Below, one piece after another: positions 12,578 to 25,808 of a stretch of 64,000 nucleotides of DNA (position 1 is the stretch's first letter; the number at the start of each line of letters is the position of its first letter). This DNA is from Squalus acanthias (Eukaryota), in assembly GCA_030390025.1 (NCBI GenBank), contig CM059432.1:1426001-1490000 (forward strand), in the 5' to 3' direction. The notes beneath the pieces are model-generated. The model had not been told where the DNA came from. It saw only the letters and a list, made by a program, of their open reading frames with translations, and did no database searches. A program made the translations under genes and the position numbers.

Positions 12578-14215
12578 AAAAGGACTTGCATTTATACAGC
12601 GCCTGTCACGACCTCAGGACGTCTCAAAGTGCTTTACAGCCAATGAAGTACCAAGTACAGTCACTGTTGTAATTTAGGAAATGCGGCAGCAAATTTGCAC
12701 ACAGCAAGCTCCCACAAACAGCAATGTTATAATGACCAGATAAATCTGTTTTCGTGATGTTGATTAAGGGTTAAATATTGGCCAGGACACCGGGGAGAAC
12801 TCCCCTGCTCTTCTTCAAAATAGTGCTGTGGGATCTTTTACATCCAACTGAGGGTTCAGACGGAGCCTCGGTTTAACATCGCATACAAAATACGGCTCCC
12901 TCAGTACTGCCCCTCCGACAGTGCGGCGCTCCCTCAGTACTGCCCCTCCGACAGTGCGGCGCTCTCTCAGTACTGCCCCTCCGACAATGCGGCGCTCCCT
13001 CAGTACTGCCCCTCCGACAATGCGGCGCTCCCTCAGTACTGCCCCTCCGACAGTGCGGCGCTCTCTCAGTACTGCCCCTCCGACAGTGCGGCGCTCCCTC
13101 AGTACTGCCCCTCCGACAATGCGGCGCTCCCTCAGTACTGCCCCTCCGACAATGCGGCGCTCCCTCAGTACTGCCCCTCCGACAGTGCAGGCGCTCTCTC
13201 AGTACTGCGGCGCTCCCTCAGTACTGCCCCTCCGACAGTGCGGCGCTCTCTCAGTACTGACCCTCCGACAGTGCGGCACTCCCTGTGTACTGCCCCTCCG
13301 ACAATGCGGCACTCCCTCAGTACTGCCCCTCCGACAGTGCGGCCCTCCCTCAGTACTGACCCTCCGACAGTGCGGCGCTCTCTCAGTACTGCCCCTCCGA
13401 CAGTGCGGCACTCCCTGAGTACTGCCCCTCCGACAGTGCGGCGCTCCCTCAGTACTGCCCCTCCGACAGTGCGGCGCTCCCTCAGTACTGCTCCTCTGAC
13501 AGTGCAGCACTCCCTCAGTACTGCCCCTCCGACAGTGCGGCGCTCCCTCAGTACTGCTCCTCTGACAGTGCAGCACTCCCTCAGTACCGCCCCTCCGACA
13601 GTGCGGCGCTCCCTCAGTACTGCGCTCCCTCAGTACTGCTCCTCTGACAGTGCAGCACTCCCTCAGTACTGCCCCTCCGACAGTGCGGCGCTCCCTCAGT
13701 ACTGCCCCCCTTCAACAATGCAACACTCCCTCAGTACTGCCCCTCCGCTAGTGCAACACTCCCTCAGTACTGCCCCTCCGCTAGTGCAACACTCCCTCAG
13801 TACTGCCCCTCCGACAGTGCAGCGCTCCCTCAGTACTGCTCCTCTGACAGTGCAGTGCTCCCTGAGTACTGCCCCTCCGCTAGTGCAACACTCCCTCAGT
13901 ACTGCTCCTCCGCTAGTGCAGCGTTCCCTCAGTACTGCCCCCTCGACAGTGCAGCATTCCCTCAGTACTGCCCCCTCGACAGTGCAGCGTTCCCTCAGTA
14001 CTGCCCCCTCGACAGTGCAGCGTTCCCTCAGTACTGCCCCCTCGACAGTGCAGCGTTCCCTCAGTACTGCCCCCTCGACAGTGCAGCGTTCCCTCAGTAC
14101 TGCTCCCTCGACAGTGCAACACTCCCTCAGTACTGCACTGAAGTGTCAGCTTAGATTATGTGCTCAAGTCTCTGGAGTGTGGCTTGAACCCACAACTTTT
14201 TGATTTAAAGGCGGG
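12578..14215 (-). mobile_element. DeuSINE (SacSINE1-like) with an internally expanded minisatellite
   Basis: SINE tail and body at 12578-12896, tRNA-like head at ~14136-14215, array between them. Confidence 0.82.
12897..14135. repeat. 33-bp tandem array, about 37 units (cgctccctcagtactgcccctccgacagtgcgg)
   Basis: Direct reading; gives the 11-aa periodic ORFs (VRRSLSTAPPT). Confidence 0.95.
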
Positions 14216-14900
14216 AGCTCTACCCACTGAGCCAACAATAGGGAGTGCTACACTGTCAGAGGCACTGTCTTTCGATGAGACATGAAACCATATGACATGG
14301 CACTACTCGAAGAGGAGCAGGGGAGTTCCCCTGGTATCCTGACCAACATATATCCTGCAGCCAACACCACTAAAAAGAGAGAGATTATTGCCGTATGCAA
14401 ATCGACTTCAATATAGCCTACATATAGGTTTGGGATGTCCCAAGGAATTGAAAAGGTTTATATAAAGGCAAGATTTCTTTTGACATGCTCAGAATAAAAA
14501 AAAAAATTAAACGGTGGAAGCTGATGTTTTTAAAGCACGCGTTTCCCTTTGAAGATAGGAATGCTCAAGTTGAATTAAACAGTGCATCGAAGTGGCAATG
14601 CTGTTTTGTCCAGCGACAGAGGCACGTCCAAAATATTTTGCTGGAGATTAGAATACAGTATTACGCGAGCAAATTGCTGTAATCATTAAAGTAATGATCT
14701 CAGAAAATACACTCAGTGTATGCTCAGCTGCCTACACCTTGCAATGATTAATTAGCATTTCAAACAAACCATCACCAAAGAGCCTTTATATCACTAAAGC
14801 CTGATCAAAAATAATCTATCCATCCTTGGAGATTGGGGATCTCAAGTCCTCCATTTTAAGCTGCTTGGGAAATGCCTCCATTTTAAATGAGGTAACTCAG

Positions 14901-17900
14901 AACATAAGAACATAAGAACTAGGAGTAGGCCATCCAGCCCCTCAAGCCTGCTCCGCCATTCAATAAGATCATGGCTGATCTTCTACCTCAACTCCACTTT
15001 CCTGCACCATAAATACTGTGGCAACAAGAGCAGGTCAGAGGTTGGGTATTCTGCGGCGAGTGTCTCACCTCCTGACTCCCCAAAGCCTTTCCACCATCTA
15101 CAAGACACAAGTCAGGAGTGTGATGGAATACTCTCCACTTGCCTAGATGAGTGCAGCTCCAACAACACCAAGAAGCTCGACACCATCCAGGACAAAGCAG
15201 CCCACTTGATTGGCACCCCGTCCACCACCATAAACATTCACTCCCTCCACCACCGGCGCACCGTGGCTGCAGTGTGTACCATGTACAAGATGCACTGCAG
15301 GAACTCGCCAAGGCTTCTTCGGCAGCACCTCCCAAACCCGCGACCTCTTCCACCTAGAAGGACAAGGGCAGCAGGCACATGGGAACACCACCACCTCCAA
15401 GTTCCCCTCCAAGTCACACACCATCCTGACTTAGAAGTATATCGCTGAAACTTCATCGTCACTGGGTCAAAATCCTGGAACTCCCTCCCCAACAGCACTG
15501 TGGGAGCACCTTCACCACACGGACGGCAGCGGTTCAAGAAGGCAGCTCACCACCACCTTCTCCAGGGCAACTAGGGATGGGCAATAAATGCTGGCCTTGC
15601 CAGCGACGCCCAGATCCCATAAACAAATGATTAAAAAAAATCCCCATATCCCTTGATTCCTTTAATATTCAAAAATCTATCTCTCTGTCTTGAATATACT
15701 CAACAACTGAGCCTCCACAGCCCTCTGGGGTAGAGAATTCCAAAGATTCACCACCCTCTGAGTGAAGAAAATTTCTCATCTCAGTACTAAATGGCCGACC
15801 CCTTATTCCGAGACTGTGACTTCTGGTTCTAGACTCCCCAGCCAGGGGAAACATCCTCCCTGCATCGACCCTGTCAAGCCCTGTAAGAATTTTGTATGTT
15901 TCAATGAGATCACCTCATTCTTCTAAACTCTAGAGAATATAGGCCTAGTCTACTCAATCTCTCCTCATAGGACAATCCCCAATCCCAGGAATCAAACTCA
16001 TGAACCTTCGTTGCACTCCCTCGATGGCAAGTATATCCTTCGTTAGGTAAGGAGACCAAAACTGTACACAATACTCCAGGTGTGGTCTCACCAGGGCCCT
16101 TTATAATTGCAGTAAGACATCTTTACTCTTATACTCAAATCCTCTTGTAATAAAGGCCAACATACCATTTGCTTTCCTAATTGCTTGCTGTACCTGCATG
16201 TTAACTATCAGTGATTTGTGTACAAGGACACCCAGGTCCCTCTGAACACCAACATGCACAGGCAGGAAGGGAATCAGTGACCGCCAGGCAGAGTAGCAGG
16301 CGCACGCAGGTAGTGCAGGGGTCCCCTGTGGCCATCCCCCTCTCAAACAGATATACCGCTTTGGATTTTGTTGGGGGAGATGGCTTATCGGGAGAAGGCA
16401 GCAGTAGCCAACTTCCTGGCACCATGGGTGGTTCTGCTGCACAGGACGGGAGGAAAAAGTGCGGGAGAGTTATAGTGATAGGGGATTCTATTGTAAGGGG
16501 AAAAAATAGGCGTTTCTGCGGCCGCAAACGAGACTCCAGGATGGTATGTTGCCTCCCTGGTGCAAGGGTCAAGGATGTCTCGGAGCGACTGCATTCTGGA
16601 GGGGGAGGGTGAACAGCCAGCTGTCGTGGTGCATACAGGTATCAACGATATAGGTAAAAAACGGGATGAGGTCCTAAAAGCTGAATATAGGGAGTTAGGA
16701 GGTAAATTAAAAAATAGGACCTCAAAGGTAGTAATCTCAGGATTGCTACCAGTGCCACGTGCTAGTCAGAGTAGAAATAGAAGGATATTTCAGATGAATA
16801 CGTGGCTAGAGGAATGGTGCAAGGGGGAGGGATTGAAATTCCTGGGACATTGGAACCGGTATTGGGGGAGGTGGGACCAGTACAAACTGGACGGTTTGCA
16901 CCTGGGCAGGACCGGGACCGATGTCCAAGGGGGAGTGTTTGCTAGTGCTGTTGGGGAGGGTTTAAATAGCAGGGGGTTGGGAACCTGTGCAGGGAGACAG
17001 AGGAAAGGGAAGCAAGGATAGAAGCAAAAGACAGAAGGAGAAAAGTAAAAGTGGAAGGCAGAGAAATCAAGTGTGTAAATCAAACAGGGCCACAGTAAAT
17101 AATAACTCTAAAAGGACTAAGTGTTAAAAAAACAAGCCTGATGGCTGTGTGTCTTAATGCGAGAAGCATTCGTAATAAGGTGGATGAATTAGCTGCGCAA
17201 ATAGATGTAAAAGAATATGATATAATTGGGATTACGGAGACATGGCTCCAGGGTGACCAAGGCTGGGAATTCAACATCCAGGGGTATTCAATATTCAGGA
17301 AGAACAGGCAAAAAGGAAAAGGAGGTGGGGTAGCATTGCTGGTTAAAGAGGAGATTAATACAATAGTAAGGAAGGATATTAGCTCTGATGATGTGGAATC
17401 TGTATGGGTAGAACTGAGAAATACCAAGGGGCAGAAAACGTTAGTGGGAGTTGCATACAGACCCCCAAACAGTAATGCTGAGGTTGGGGATGGCATTAAA
17501 CAGGAAATTAGAGACGCGTGCAATAAGGGCACAGCAGTTATCATGGGTGACTTTAATCTACATATAGATTGGGCTAACCAAATTAGTAACAATACTGTGG
17601 AGGAGGAATTCCTGGAGTGTATACGGGATGGTTTCCTGGACCAATATGTCGAGGAACCAACTAGAGATCAGGCCATCTTAGACTGGGTATTATGTAATGA
17701 GAAAGGATTAATTAGCAATCTTGTTGTGCGAGGCCCCTTGGGGAGGAGCGATCATAAAATGATAGAATTCTTCATTAAGATGGAGAGTAAAGGAGTTGAC
17801 TCAGAGACTAGGGTCCTGAATTTAAATAAAGGAAACTACGATGGTATGAGGCACGAGTTGGCTAGGATGGATTGGGGAATGTTACTTAAAGGGTTGACGG

Positions 17901-20900
17901 TGGATAGGCAATGGCAAACATTTAAAGATCGCATGGATGAACTACAGAATTTGTTCATCCCTGTCTGGCATAAAAATAAAACAAAAAAGGTGGTGCAACC
18001 GTGGCTAACAAGGGAAATTAGGGTTAGCATAAGATCCAAGGCGAGGACATATAAATTGGCCGGAAAAAGCAGCAAACTGGAGGATTGGGAGCAGTTTAGG
18101 ATTCAGCAAGAGGACAAAAGGATTAATTAAGAGGGGGAAAATAGAGAATGAGAGTAAGCTTGCAGGGAACATAAAAACTGACTGTAAAAGCTTCTGTACA
18201 TATGTGAAGAGAAAAAGATTGGTGAAGTCAAGCGTAGGTCCCTTGCAGTCAGAATCAGGGGAATTTATAATGGGGAACAAAGAAATGGCTGACCAATTAA
18301 ATACATACTTTGGTTCTGTCTTCACAAAGGAGGACACAAATACCGTCCCAGAGATGTCAGGGAACATAGGGTCTAATGAGAGGGAGGAACTGAATGAAAT
18401 CAGTATTTGTAGGGAAATGGTGTTAGGGAAATTGACGGGATTGAAGGCCAATAAATCCCCAGGGCCTGATAATCTACATCCTAGGGTACTTAAGGAAGTG
18501 GCCCAAGAAATAGTAGATGCATTGCTGGTCATCTTCCAAAATTCTATAGACTCTGGAACAGTTCCCATGGATTGGAGGGTAGCTAATGTAACCCCACTAT
18601 TTAAAAAAGGTGGTAGAGAGAAAACGGGGAATTATAAGGTAAGCCTGACATTGGTAGTGGGGAAAATGCTAGAGACCATTATAAAAGATGTAATAGCAGA
18701 GCACTTGGAAAACAGTGACAGGATCGGACAAAGTCAACATGGATTTACCAAAGGTAAATCGTGCTTGACTAATCTTCTGGAATTTTTTGAGGATATAACT
18801 GGTAGAATAGATAAGGGAGAACCAGTGGATGTGGTGTAGTTGGACTTTCAGAAGGCTTTCGATAAGGTCCTGCATAAGAGATTAGCGTGTAAAGTTAAAG
18901 CACATGGGATTGGGGGCAAGGTATTGACTTGGATAGAGAACTGGTTGGCAGACAGGAAGTAAAGAATTGGAATAAACGGGTCTTTTTCCACGTGGCAGGC
19001 AGTGATTAGTGGGGTACCGCAGGGATCGGTGCTAGGACCCCAGCTATTCTCAATATATATTAATGATCTAGACGAGGGAACTAAATGTAATATCTTCAGG
19101 TTTGCAGACGACACAAAGCTGGGTGGGCCTGTGTGCTGTGAGGAGGATGCCGAGAAACTCCAGTATGATTTGGACAGGTTGGGTGATTATACTGCATCTG
19201 CCATGCATCTGCCCAATGTGGATAAATGCGAGGTTATCCAATTTGGTGGCAAAAACAGGAAGGCAGATTATTATCTGAACGGCAATAGATTGGGAGAAGG
19301 GTAAGTGCAACGAGACCTGGGTGTCCTTGTGCACCAGTCGCTGAAGGTAAGCATGCAGGTGCAGCAGGCGGTTAAGAAGGCAAATGGTATGTTGGCCTTC
19401 ATAGCGAGAGGATTGGAGTACAGGAGCAAGGATGTCTTGCTACAGTTGTACAGGGCCTGGGTGAGACCACACCTTGAGTATTGTGTGCAGTTTTGGTCGC
19501 CTTATCTGAGGAAGGATGTTCTTGCCATGGAGGGAGTGCAGTGAAGATTCACCAAACTGATACCTGGGATGGCAGGAATGATGTATGAGGAGAGATTGGG
19601 TCGATTGGGCTTATATTCGCTGGAGTTTAGAAGAATGAGAGGGGATCTCATTGAAACTTATAAAATTCTAACAGGACTAGACAGACTAGATGCAGGAAGT
19701 ATGTTCCTGATGGCAGGGGAGTCCAGAACCAGGGGTCACAGTCTAAGGATAAGGGGTAAGCCATTTAGGACAGAGATGAGGAGGAATTTCTTCACCCAGA
19801 GAGTGGTGAACCTGTGGAATTCTCTACCACAGAAGGCAGTTGAGGCCAATTCATTAAATATATTCAAGAAGGAGTTAGATATATTTCTTAAGGCTAAGGG
19901 GATCGAGGGATATGGGGAGAAAGCAGGGACAGGGTACTGAATTTGGATGATCAGCCATGATCTCATTAAATGGCGGAGCAGGCTCGAGGGGCCGAATGGC
20001 CTACTCCTGCTCCTATCTTCTATGTTTCTATGTTTCCCAATCTCTCACCATTTAAAAATACTCTGCTTTTCTGTTTTTCCTACCAAAGTGGATAACTTCA
20101 CATTTCTCCACATGATATTCCATTTGCCATGTTCTTGCCCACTCACTTAGCCTGTCTATATCCCCTTGAAGCCTCTTTGCATCCTCCTCACCACTTACAT
20201 TCCCACCTAGATTTGTATCATCAGCAAACTTGGATATATTACATTTGGTCCCCTCCTCCAAATCATTGATGTAGATTGTGAATAGCTGAGGCCCAAGCAT
20301 TGATCTTTGTGCTACCCCACTAGTTACAGCCTGCCACCCCAAACACGACCTGTTTATTCCTACTCTCTGTTTTCTGTCAGTTAACCAATCCTCAGTCCAT
20401 GCTAGTATATTACCCCCAACCCCATGAGCCCTAATTTTGTTGAAGAACCTCTTGTGTGGCACCTTCTTGAATGCCTTCTGAAAATCCAAATACACCACAT
20501 CCACTGGTTCCCCCTTATCTATTCTGCTAGTTACAACCTCAAAAAACTCTAACAGATTTGTCAAACACGATTTCCCTTTCATAAATCCGTGTTGACTCTG
20601 CCCAATCCTCATGTTGTTACCACATCCTTAATAATAGATTCTAGCATTTTCCCTACTATTGATGTCAGGCTAACTGGTCTGTAGTTCCGTTTTCTCTCTC
20701 CCTCCTTTCTTAAATAGTGGGGTTACATTTGCTATCTTCCAATCCGGGGGAACCGTTCTAGAATCTACGGAATTTTGGAAAATGACAACCAATGCATCCA
20801 CTATCTCTAAGCCACCTCTTTTAAAACCCTAGGATGTAGGGCATCAGGTCCAGGGGATTTATCGGCTTTCAGTCCCATTAATTTCTCTCGTAATATTTTT

Positions 20901-21315
20901 TTTACTAATACTAATTTCTTTCAGTTCCTCATTCTCGCTTGACCCTTGGTTCTGCACTATTTCCGGGAGGTTTTTGCGTCTTCTTCACAGAAGACAGACA
21001 CAAAGTATTTGTTTAATTTCTCTGCCATTTCCTTATTCCCCATTATAATTTCTCCTGTCTCAGCCTGTAAGGAACCCACATTTACTTTTGCTAATCTTTT
21101 CCTTTTTACATACCTATAGAAGCTTTTACAGTCTGTTTTTATGTCTCTCGCTAGTTTACTCTCACATTCTATTTTCCCTTTCTTTATCAATTTCTTGGTC
21201 CTCCTTTGCTGAATTCTAAAATCCTCCCAATCCTTAGGCTTACTATTCTTTTTGGCAACATTATAAGCCTCTTCCTTTAATCTAATACTATCTTTAACTT
21301 CTCTTGTTAGCCACG
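14901..21315 (-). mobile_element. Fragmented CR1 LINE hosting insertions at 15008-15640 and 16256-20032
   Basis: Tail and 3' UTR at ~14901-15007; C-terminal ORF2 15641-16255; RT 20033-21315 (ORFs 20052-20612, 20957-21190); pieces are colinear across the insertions. Confidence 0.88.
16256..20032 (+). mobile_element. Near full-length CR1 LINE, disrupted: ORF1 (SGNH/GDSL esterase-like) + ORF2
   Basis: ORF1 motifs VIVIGDSIVRG, VVHTGINDI, DGLHL (16211-17021, frameshifted). ORF2 EN/RT split over 17141-19940 by frameshifts and stops. (TTTCTATG)n tail. Splits a minus-strand CR1 at caacat|ttccc. Confidence 0.93.
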
Positions 21316-23842
21316 TAACTAAGACAAACCTTCTATTCTGTCACAGTACACGTTTCAGCTGCACCCAGTGCAGTGTCCCCAGGGTGGCTCGCAGAATCCA
21401 CCGAGACCAACGGCGTGGCTGGTGGCAGCCATTTCTGACGTCTCTGGTTGAAATGATCAACGCCACAACTATAATACTGAGAGAAAACAAGAGACTAAAC
21501 TATTTATTTTTAAATTATGCAGAAATTCCATATTAAGATAGCAGGAATGATGGTTCTTTTCCCCTCCTTGGGCGAGGAGAAGTATTGTCTCCATAGGGGA
21601 CCAAGACCCGGTCCTCCCCAGCTCCCAGTATTTCAGATAACCCAAGTGGTGCTACTTCTCCAAAAGGGTCAGTCAGCTCCACATCTTTCACCTGCCAGAG
21701 TAGGAAACGCTTACTAAGTTAGAACACAAATTAGAAAATGTTATAAACGATTGCAAAGTTTGACAAACAGGCTCACTATGTCAAATTATAGGAGTTGGAG
21801 CAGAATGCTCATACTTGTATCCAAAGGAGATCATTCCTAAACATCTGGGGCTCTTTCCACACAAAATGGCCAAAGTGCAGGGGAGTCAGGGGAGGGGCAA
21901 TGGGCTCTATCCCTCCCATTCCCTTACTGAAGATGAATCAAAAGTTGAACATTTTTGGGGAACTTTAAGCCTGAAGGCCTAAAATATCATGCTATTTATA
22001 TCATGCTCCATCATAAAGTGTTGGCTTGGCTCAGTTCCTTGCACTCTTGCATGAGTCTCATGGTTGTGAGTTCAAGCCAGACTTCAGGACTTGAGTATTC
22101 AATCTAGGTTTATACTTGGTGCTGCCCAACTGCCTGTGCAGCATCAAGTCACAACTTTTTACAACTTGTATCTGCCAACACCAATGCCTTCTTCTTTGGC
22201 TCCAATCATAAACTTCCCACCTCCCAGCCCACTTCCTGGCAGCACGCCCAGGCTGAACTAGATGGCGCACAGCCTTGGCATCCTGCGTGACCTTGAGTTG
22301 AGCATAACACATTATATCCAATCCATTTACGTCTGCTTACTTCCACCTCCTAATATCAGCTGCCTTCATCTCTACCCAACCTCAATCATCCCTTCCTTAT
22401 CCCCAGGTTCGACTTCTTGAATACCCTCCTCATCAACGTCCCAAGCTCCACCCTGTACAAACGCCAAACCTCCCTGAATTCTGCCATCCAATCCCATACT
22501 AAAAGTCTCGTTTGCCTATCACCCTGTTCTTGCTGACCCTCGCTGGTTCTCTTGTTGTCCTCATCCTCTTTCACAAATCCCTCTGTGGCCTTACTCCACT
22601 GTATCTCTGCAATCTCCTCCAGCCTCGTGTCCCAGTTCACACCCTTCACTCTCCTAATCCTGACTCTCACTACGTTTTCACTCCCTCCCTCCCTCCCTCC
22701 ATGACCATCTGCTCCAACATGGGGCCAAATGACCGACTCCTACTCCTACATCTTATGTTCAATGATTTGTGTGTGCCACGTAGGACTATAGGTGGAGTCT
22801 GCTGGAGACAATCAATACACTTTCCTAATTAACAATGCAAGCAACCAATGTTGCCAATACAGAAAATAACTTGGATCAATTAGATTATATCATTTTGAAA
22901 TCACGCTGTACCACTAAGACCATGCCACTTATCCAAAACATTCAAGAGCAAGGAAAGAGGCGAGAAAATCTTAATACAATGGTTTGTCCTTTAACATTTG
23001 TCAGGTACATTCCAAATGCAATAAATGATGTTTATAATTATTAAAGTCATGCATTCTATAATCGAAAATAACAGTACCAAGCAATGAAGAGGTAATCAGA
23101 TCACCAAGAGAATGAACACTGTTGGTGATACTAGAGAACGGAGTATCTCTTACAGTTCATTAAAATTTAGGCCTTGCGATCAAATTTAGTCTTTCAAATG
23201 TGCTGCAAGATAAAAACAAAAAAAAATGCATTTCCACTATTTAAATCCATTACATTTAAACATTTGTTCTTTGCACAGTTTGGCCAACATACTGCAGAAA
23301 ATATTCTCAACTCACCTTGTCTATTTGGCCCATGTATTAAACATTCATGTCTACACCATCAGATAGAATGATTCCAATTCAAAAACAAATGCAAAATCAA
23401 ACTACGGGAGAAATTAAGACTACACCCTTGGGATGAAATAAAGATTATTTTAGCCCTCTGTGTTGCAGTGATACCTTGGTATCAAACATTCCACAAGTTA
23501 AAAAAAAAAAATTATCCTATAAACACTTACATTTTTTGATAGCGCTAGCTTATTTTTCTAGGGTACCTTACTAATAACACATTTGAATAAGCTGTATTTT
23601 ATAAAAGTAGAGCCGTATGGTTTAAAAACTGAAAAGTAACAGAGAACCAAGTCTTTGCTTCCACAGATGTTAACGTACGTGAAGCAGAATATGAAGTACA
23701 ATTTTCTCTCAACTCTTTTATTCAAATACTCTGTGCTAGACCTTGTATGGCTTGGCTGGAGGGCATCGTGTAGCTCGTGGGAACTCTAGGTACAATTACG
23801 GCTCTATCTAACAAGCTATGTTCTTCAACATTACTGGCTCAC

Positions 23843-24002
23843 CTGTATTTTGTGATGCCATTGGCTTGTGGCGGACTGCTGCCATGCTTTTCCTGCTCAG
23901 ACATATTTGACCTTTCGGTATTGCTGCAGTTCAAAGGTTCTTCCTCAGCTGAACGGCTCGTTACAGTCTCAAATCCACTCAAAGAGTCCGCAGAGTCAGA
24001 AT
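23843..24002 (-). CDS. OSBPL1A: Next coding exon of ORP1 (linker before the ORD; contains the ORP1S-equivalent Met)
   Basis: Acceptor gtttttgaactcag|, donor CAG|GTGAGC; 160 nt, phase 1 in (matches previous exon), phase 2 out. Reads (D)SDSADSLSGFETVTSRSAEEEPLNCSNTERSNMSEQEKHGSSPPQANGITKY(R), colinear with recalled human DSESERSLSRLEAVTARSFEEEGEHLGSRKHRMSEEKDCGGGDALSNGIKKHR. Absent from the ORF track; found by manual translation. Confidence 0.88.
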
Positions 24003-25808
24003 CTGAGTTCAAAAACAAGCCATGTTAATGCAGCACTTTGCAAAGCAAGACCGTACAGTGGTAACAACTGACACCATTCACTCTGTACCAACACTCTGAA
24101 ACCTGACCCTGTGCAGTATTGTTTACAGACTCCTTCTGGTAACTGCCCAAATATAAATGATCCTTACTTGTATACTACGATTCTCAAAACCAGTGCTGAA
24201 GATCCATTCAAATGTAACTAAACCACAATGAACTAAATATTTCATCTTGCCCGTTCTCCTAAATTACATGCAACACGAACACACACATCTGTTTTAAAAA
24301 CCTATTTTTCCATGTGTTTTGTAGAAATAAAAACCTATGCAATAAACACACACTAAATATTTGCCAAATATTTAGTGTAAGTTTAAAAAAAAACACTCAA
24401 AAGTAATTACAAGCAAATTTCTGCATAGTCAGTTCTCAGTAATGATTTTCATCCCAGAACCAGCTCATTAAAGTCCCACATTTACTGCAGAATACAAAAC
24501 ATGTTCTTGCTCATGAATTTTAAGTGAGCACGGTTTGACGTCAATGGAATCCAATGCCAACTCCTTCAGCTGAGCTGGCTTTGCAATGGAGCTTCCAATG
24601 CCTGTCTAATGACTTTAGTTATTGGTCGGTCAGGCCTACAATATTGAAATAATGAGATATTTAAAAAAGATTTTGATGAAAACAAAAGAAAAATAATCAG
24701 ATATAAATTAAAGAAACTCTTTTCCAAAACTGGTCGCCTAAAAGTTAAAAAGGTGGCATTAGGAAACTAAAAAAATCTACAACATTTTTTGTATGTCATT
24801 ATTGCTGTTTAATGTGTAAATAGATCAAGGGATGAAAAACGATTTTAATCTTATGATTGAATCTATTTTTCTCAGGTTAGTTTTCTTCGGCAGCACCTCC
24901 CAAACCCGCGACCTCTACCAATTAGAAGGACAAGGGCAGCAGGCGCACGGGAACACCATCACCTCCAAGTTACACACCATCCTGACTTGGAAATGTATCT
25001 CCGTTCCTTCGTCGTCGCTGGATCAAAATCCTGGAACTCCCTCCCTAACAGCACTGTGGGAGCACCTTCACCACACGGACTGCAGCGGTTCAAGAAGGCA
25101 GCTCATCACCACTTTCTCAAGGGAAACTAGGGATGGGCAATAAACGCCGGCCTTGCCAGCGACACCCACGTCCCGAGAATGAATTAAAAAAAAAAAATCA
25201 ACCTACTAGAATAATGACAATCGGTACATAATAAACAGATGCATCATTTGCCATGGTCTGGGCTGCCTGGCTCAGTAACTCCAACCACAACGTCGGAGCT
25301 CAACATCAGAGCAACTCAAAAATCCTCTTTCCGACCCCAGTGCAACCAGTCCCCCGCAACACAATAAAATTCAGTCCAAACCACTTTTGGCTCAAGCTAC
25401 AAAAAACGCTGAAAATAAAGTATATTTATTTGAATTTTCTCTCCCCGTCCACCACCCCACCATTCATACATCATTGCTACTTGCAAATGTTCTGCCTGGT
25501 TGCCGTGTGACATGGGTCATCCAGTGTACTCTAGGTATCTTAGCGCCACAGCAGCAGACTGGAAACTGCAACTTCCACAAAGCAACTCACTCGCACAGAA
25601 TACACCAACAAGAGCTGGGAATGCAGCCAAGTTGAAGGCTCAGTTTCTAGTTGTCATGGTGTGCTTCAGGTATTGCAGATCACAGGACGAAAACAATTCC
25701 CATCATGCAGCTCTCTCTCGTACATATACAGATTGCGTCTACGGGAGCTGCAAAAAAATCATCACCAAAGGCCCAAGTGATATTTCCAACTTCGGGACTA
25801 AAGCAACT

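Noticed and set aside
12897..14135. CRISPR-like array (33-bp repeat with a palindromic cagtactg)
   Set aside because: Units are head-to-tail with no unique spacers, no cas genes, and the unit is a segment of the surrounding SINE.
12921..14203. Periodic ORFs (VRRSLSTAPPT repeats)
   Set aside because: Artefact of a stop-free 33-bp unit; open in several frames on both strands.
16211..17021. Cellular GDSL/SGNH esterase gene
   Set aside because: It is the frameshifted ORF1 of a CR1 element, directly upstream of ORF2.
23309..23360. Consensus donor AAG|GTGAGT on the gene strand
   Set aside because: Upstream sequence shows no similarity to ORP1; an isolated motif is expected by chance.
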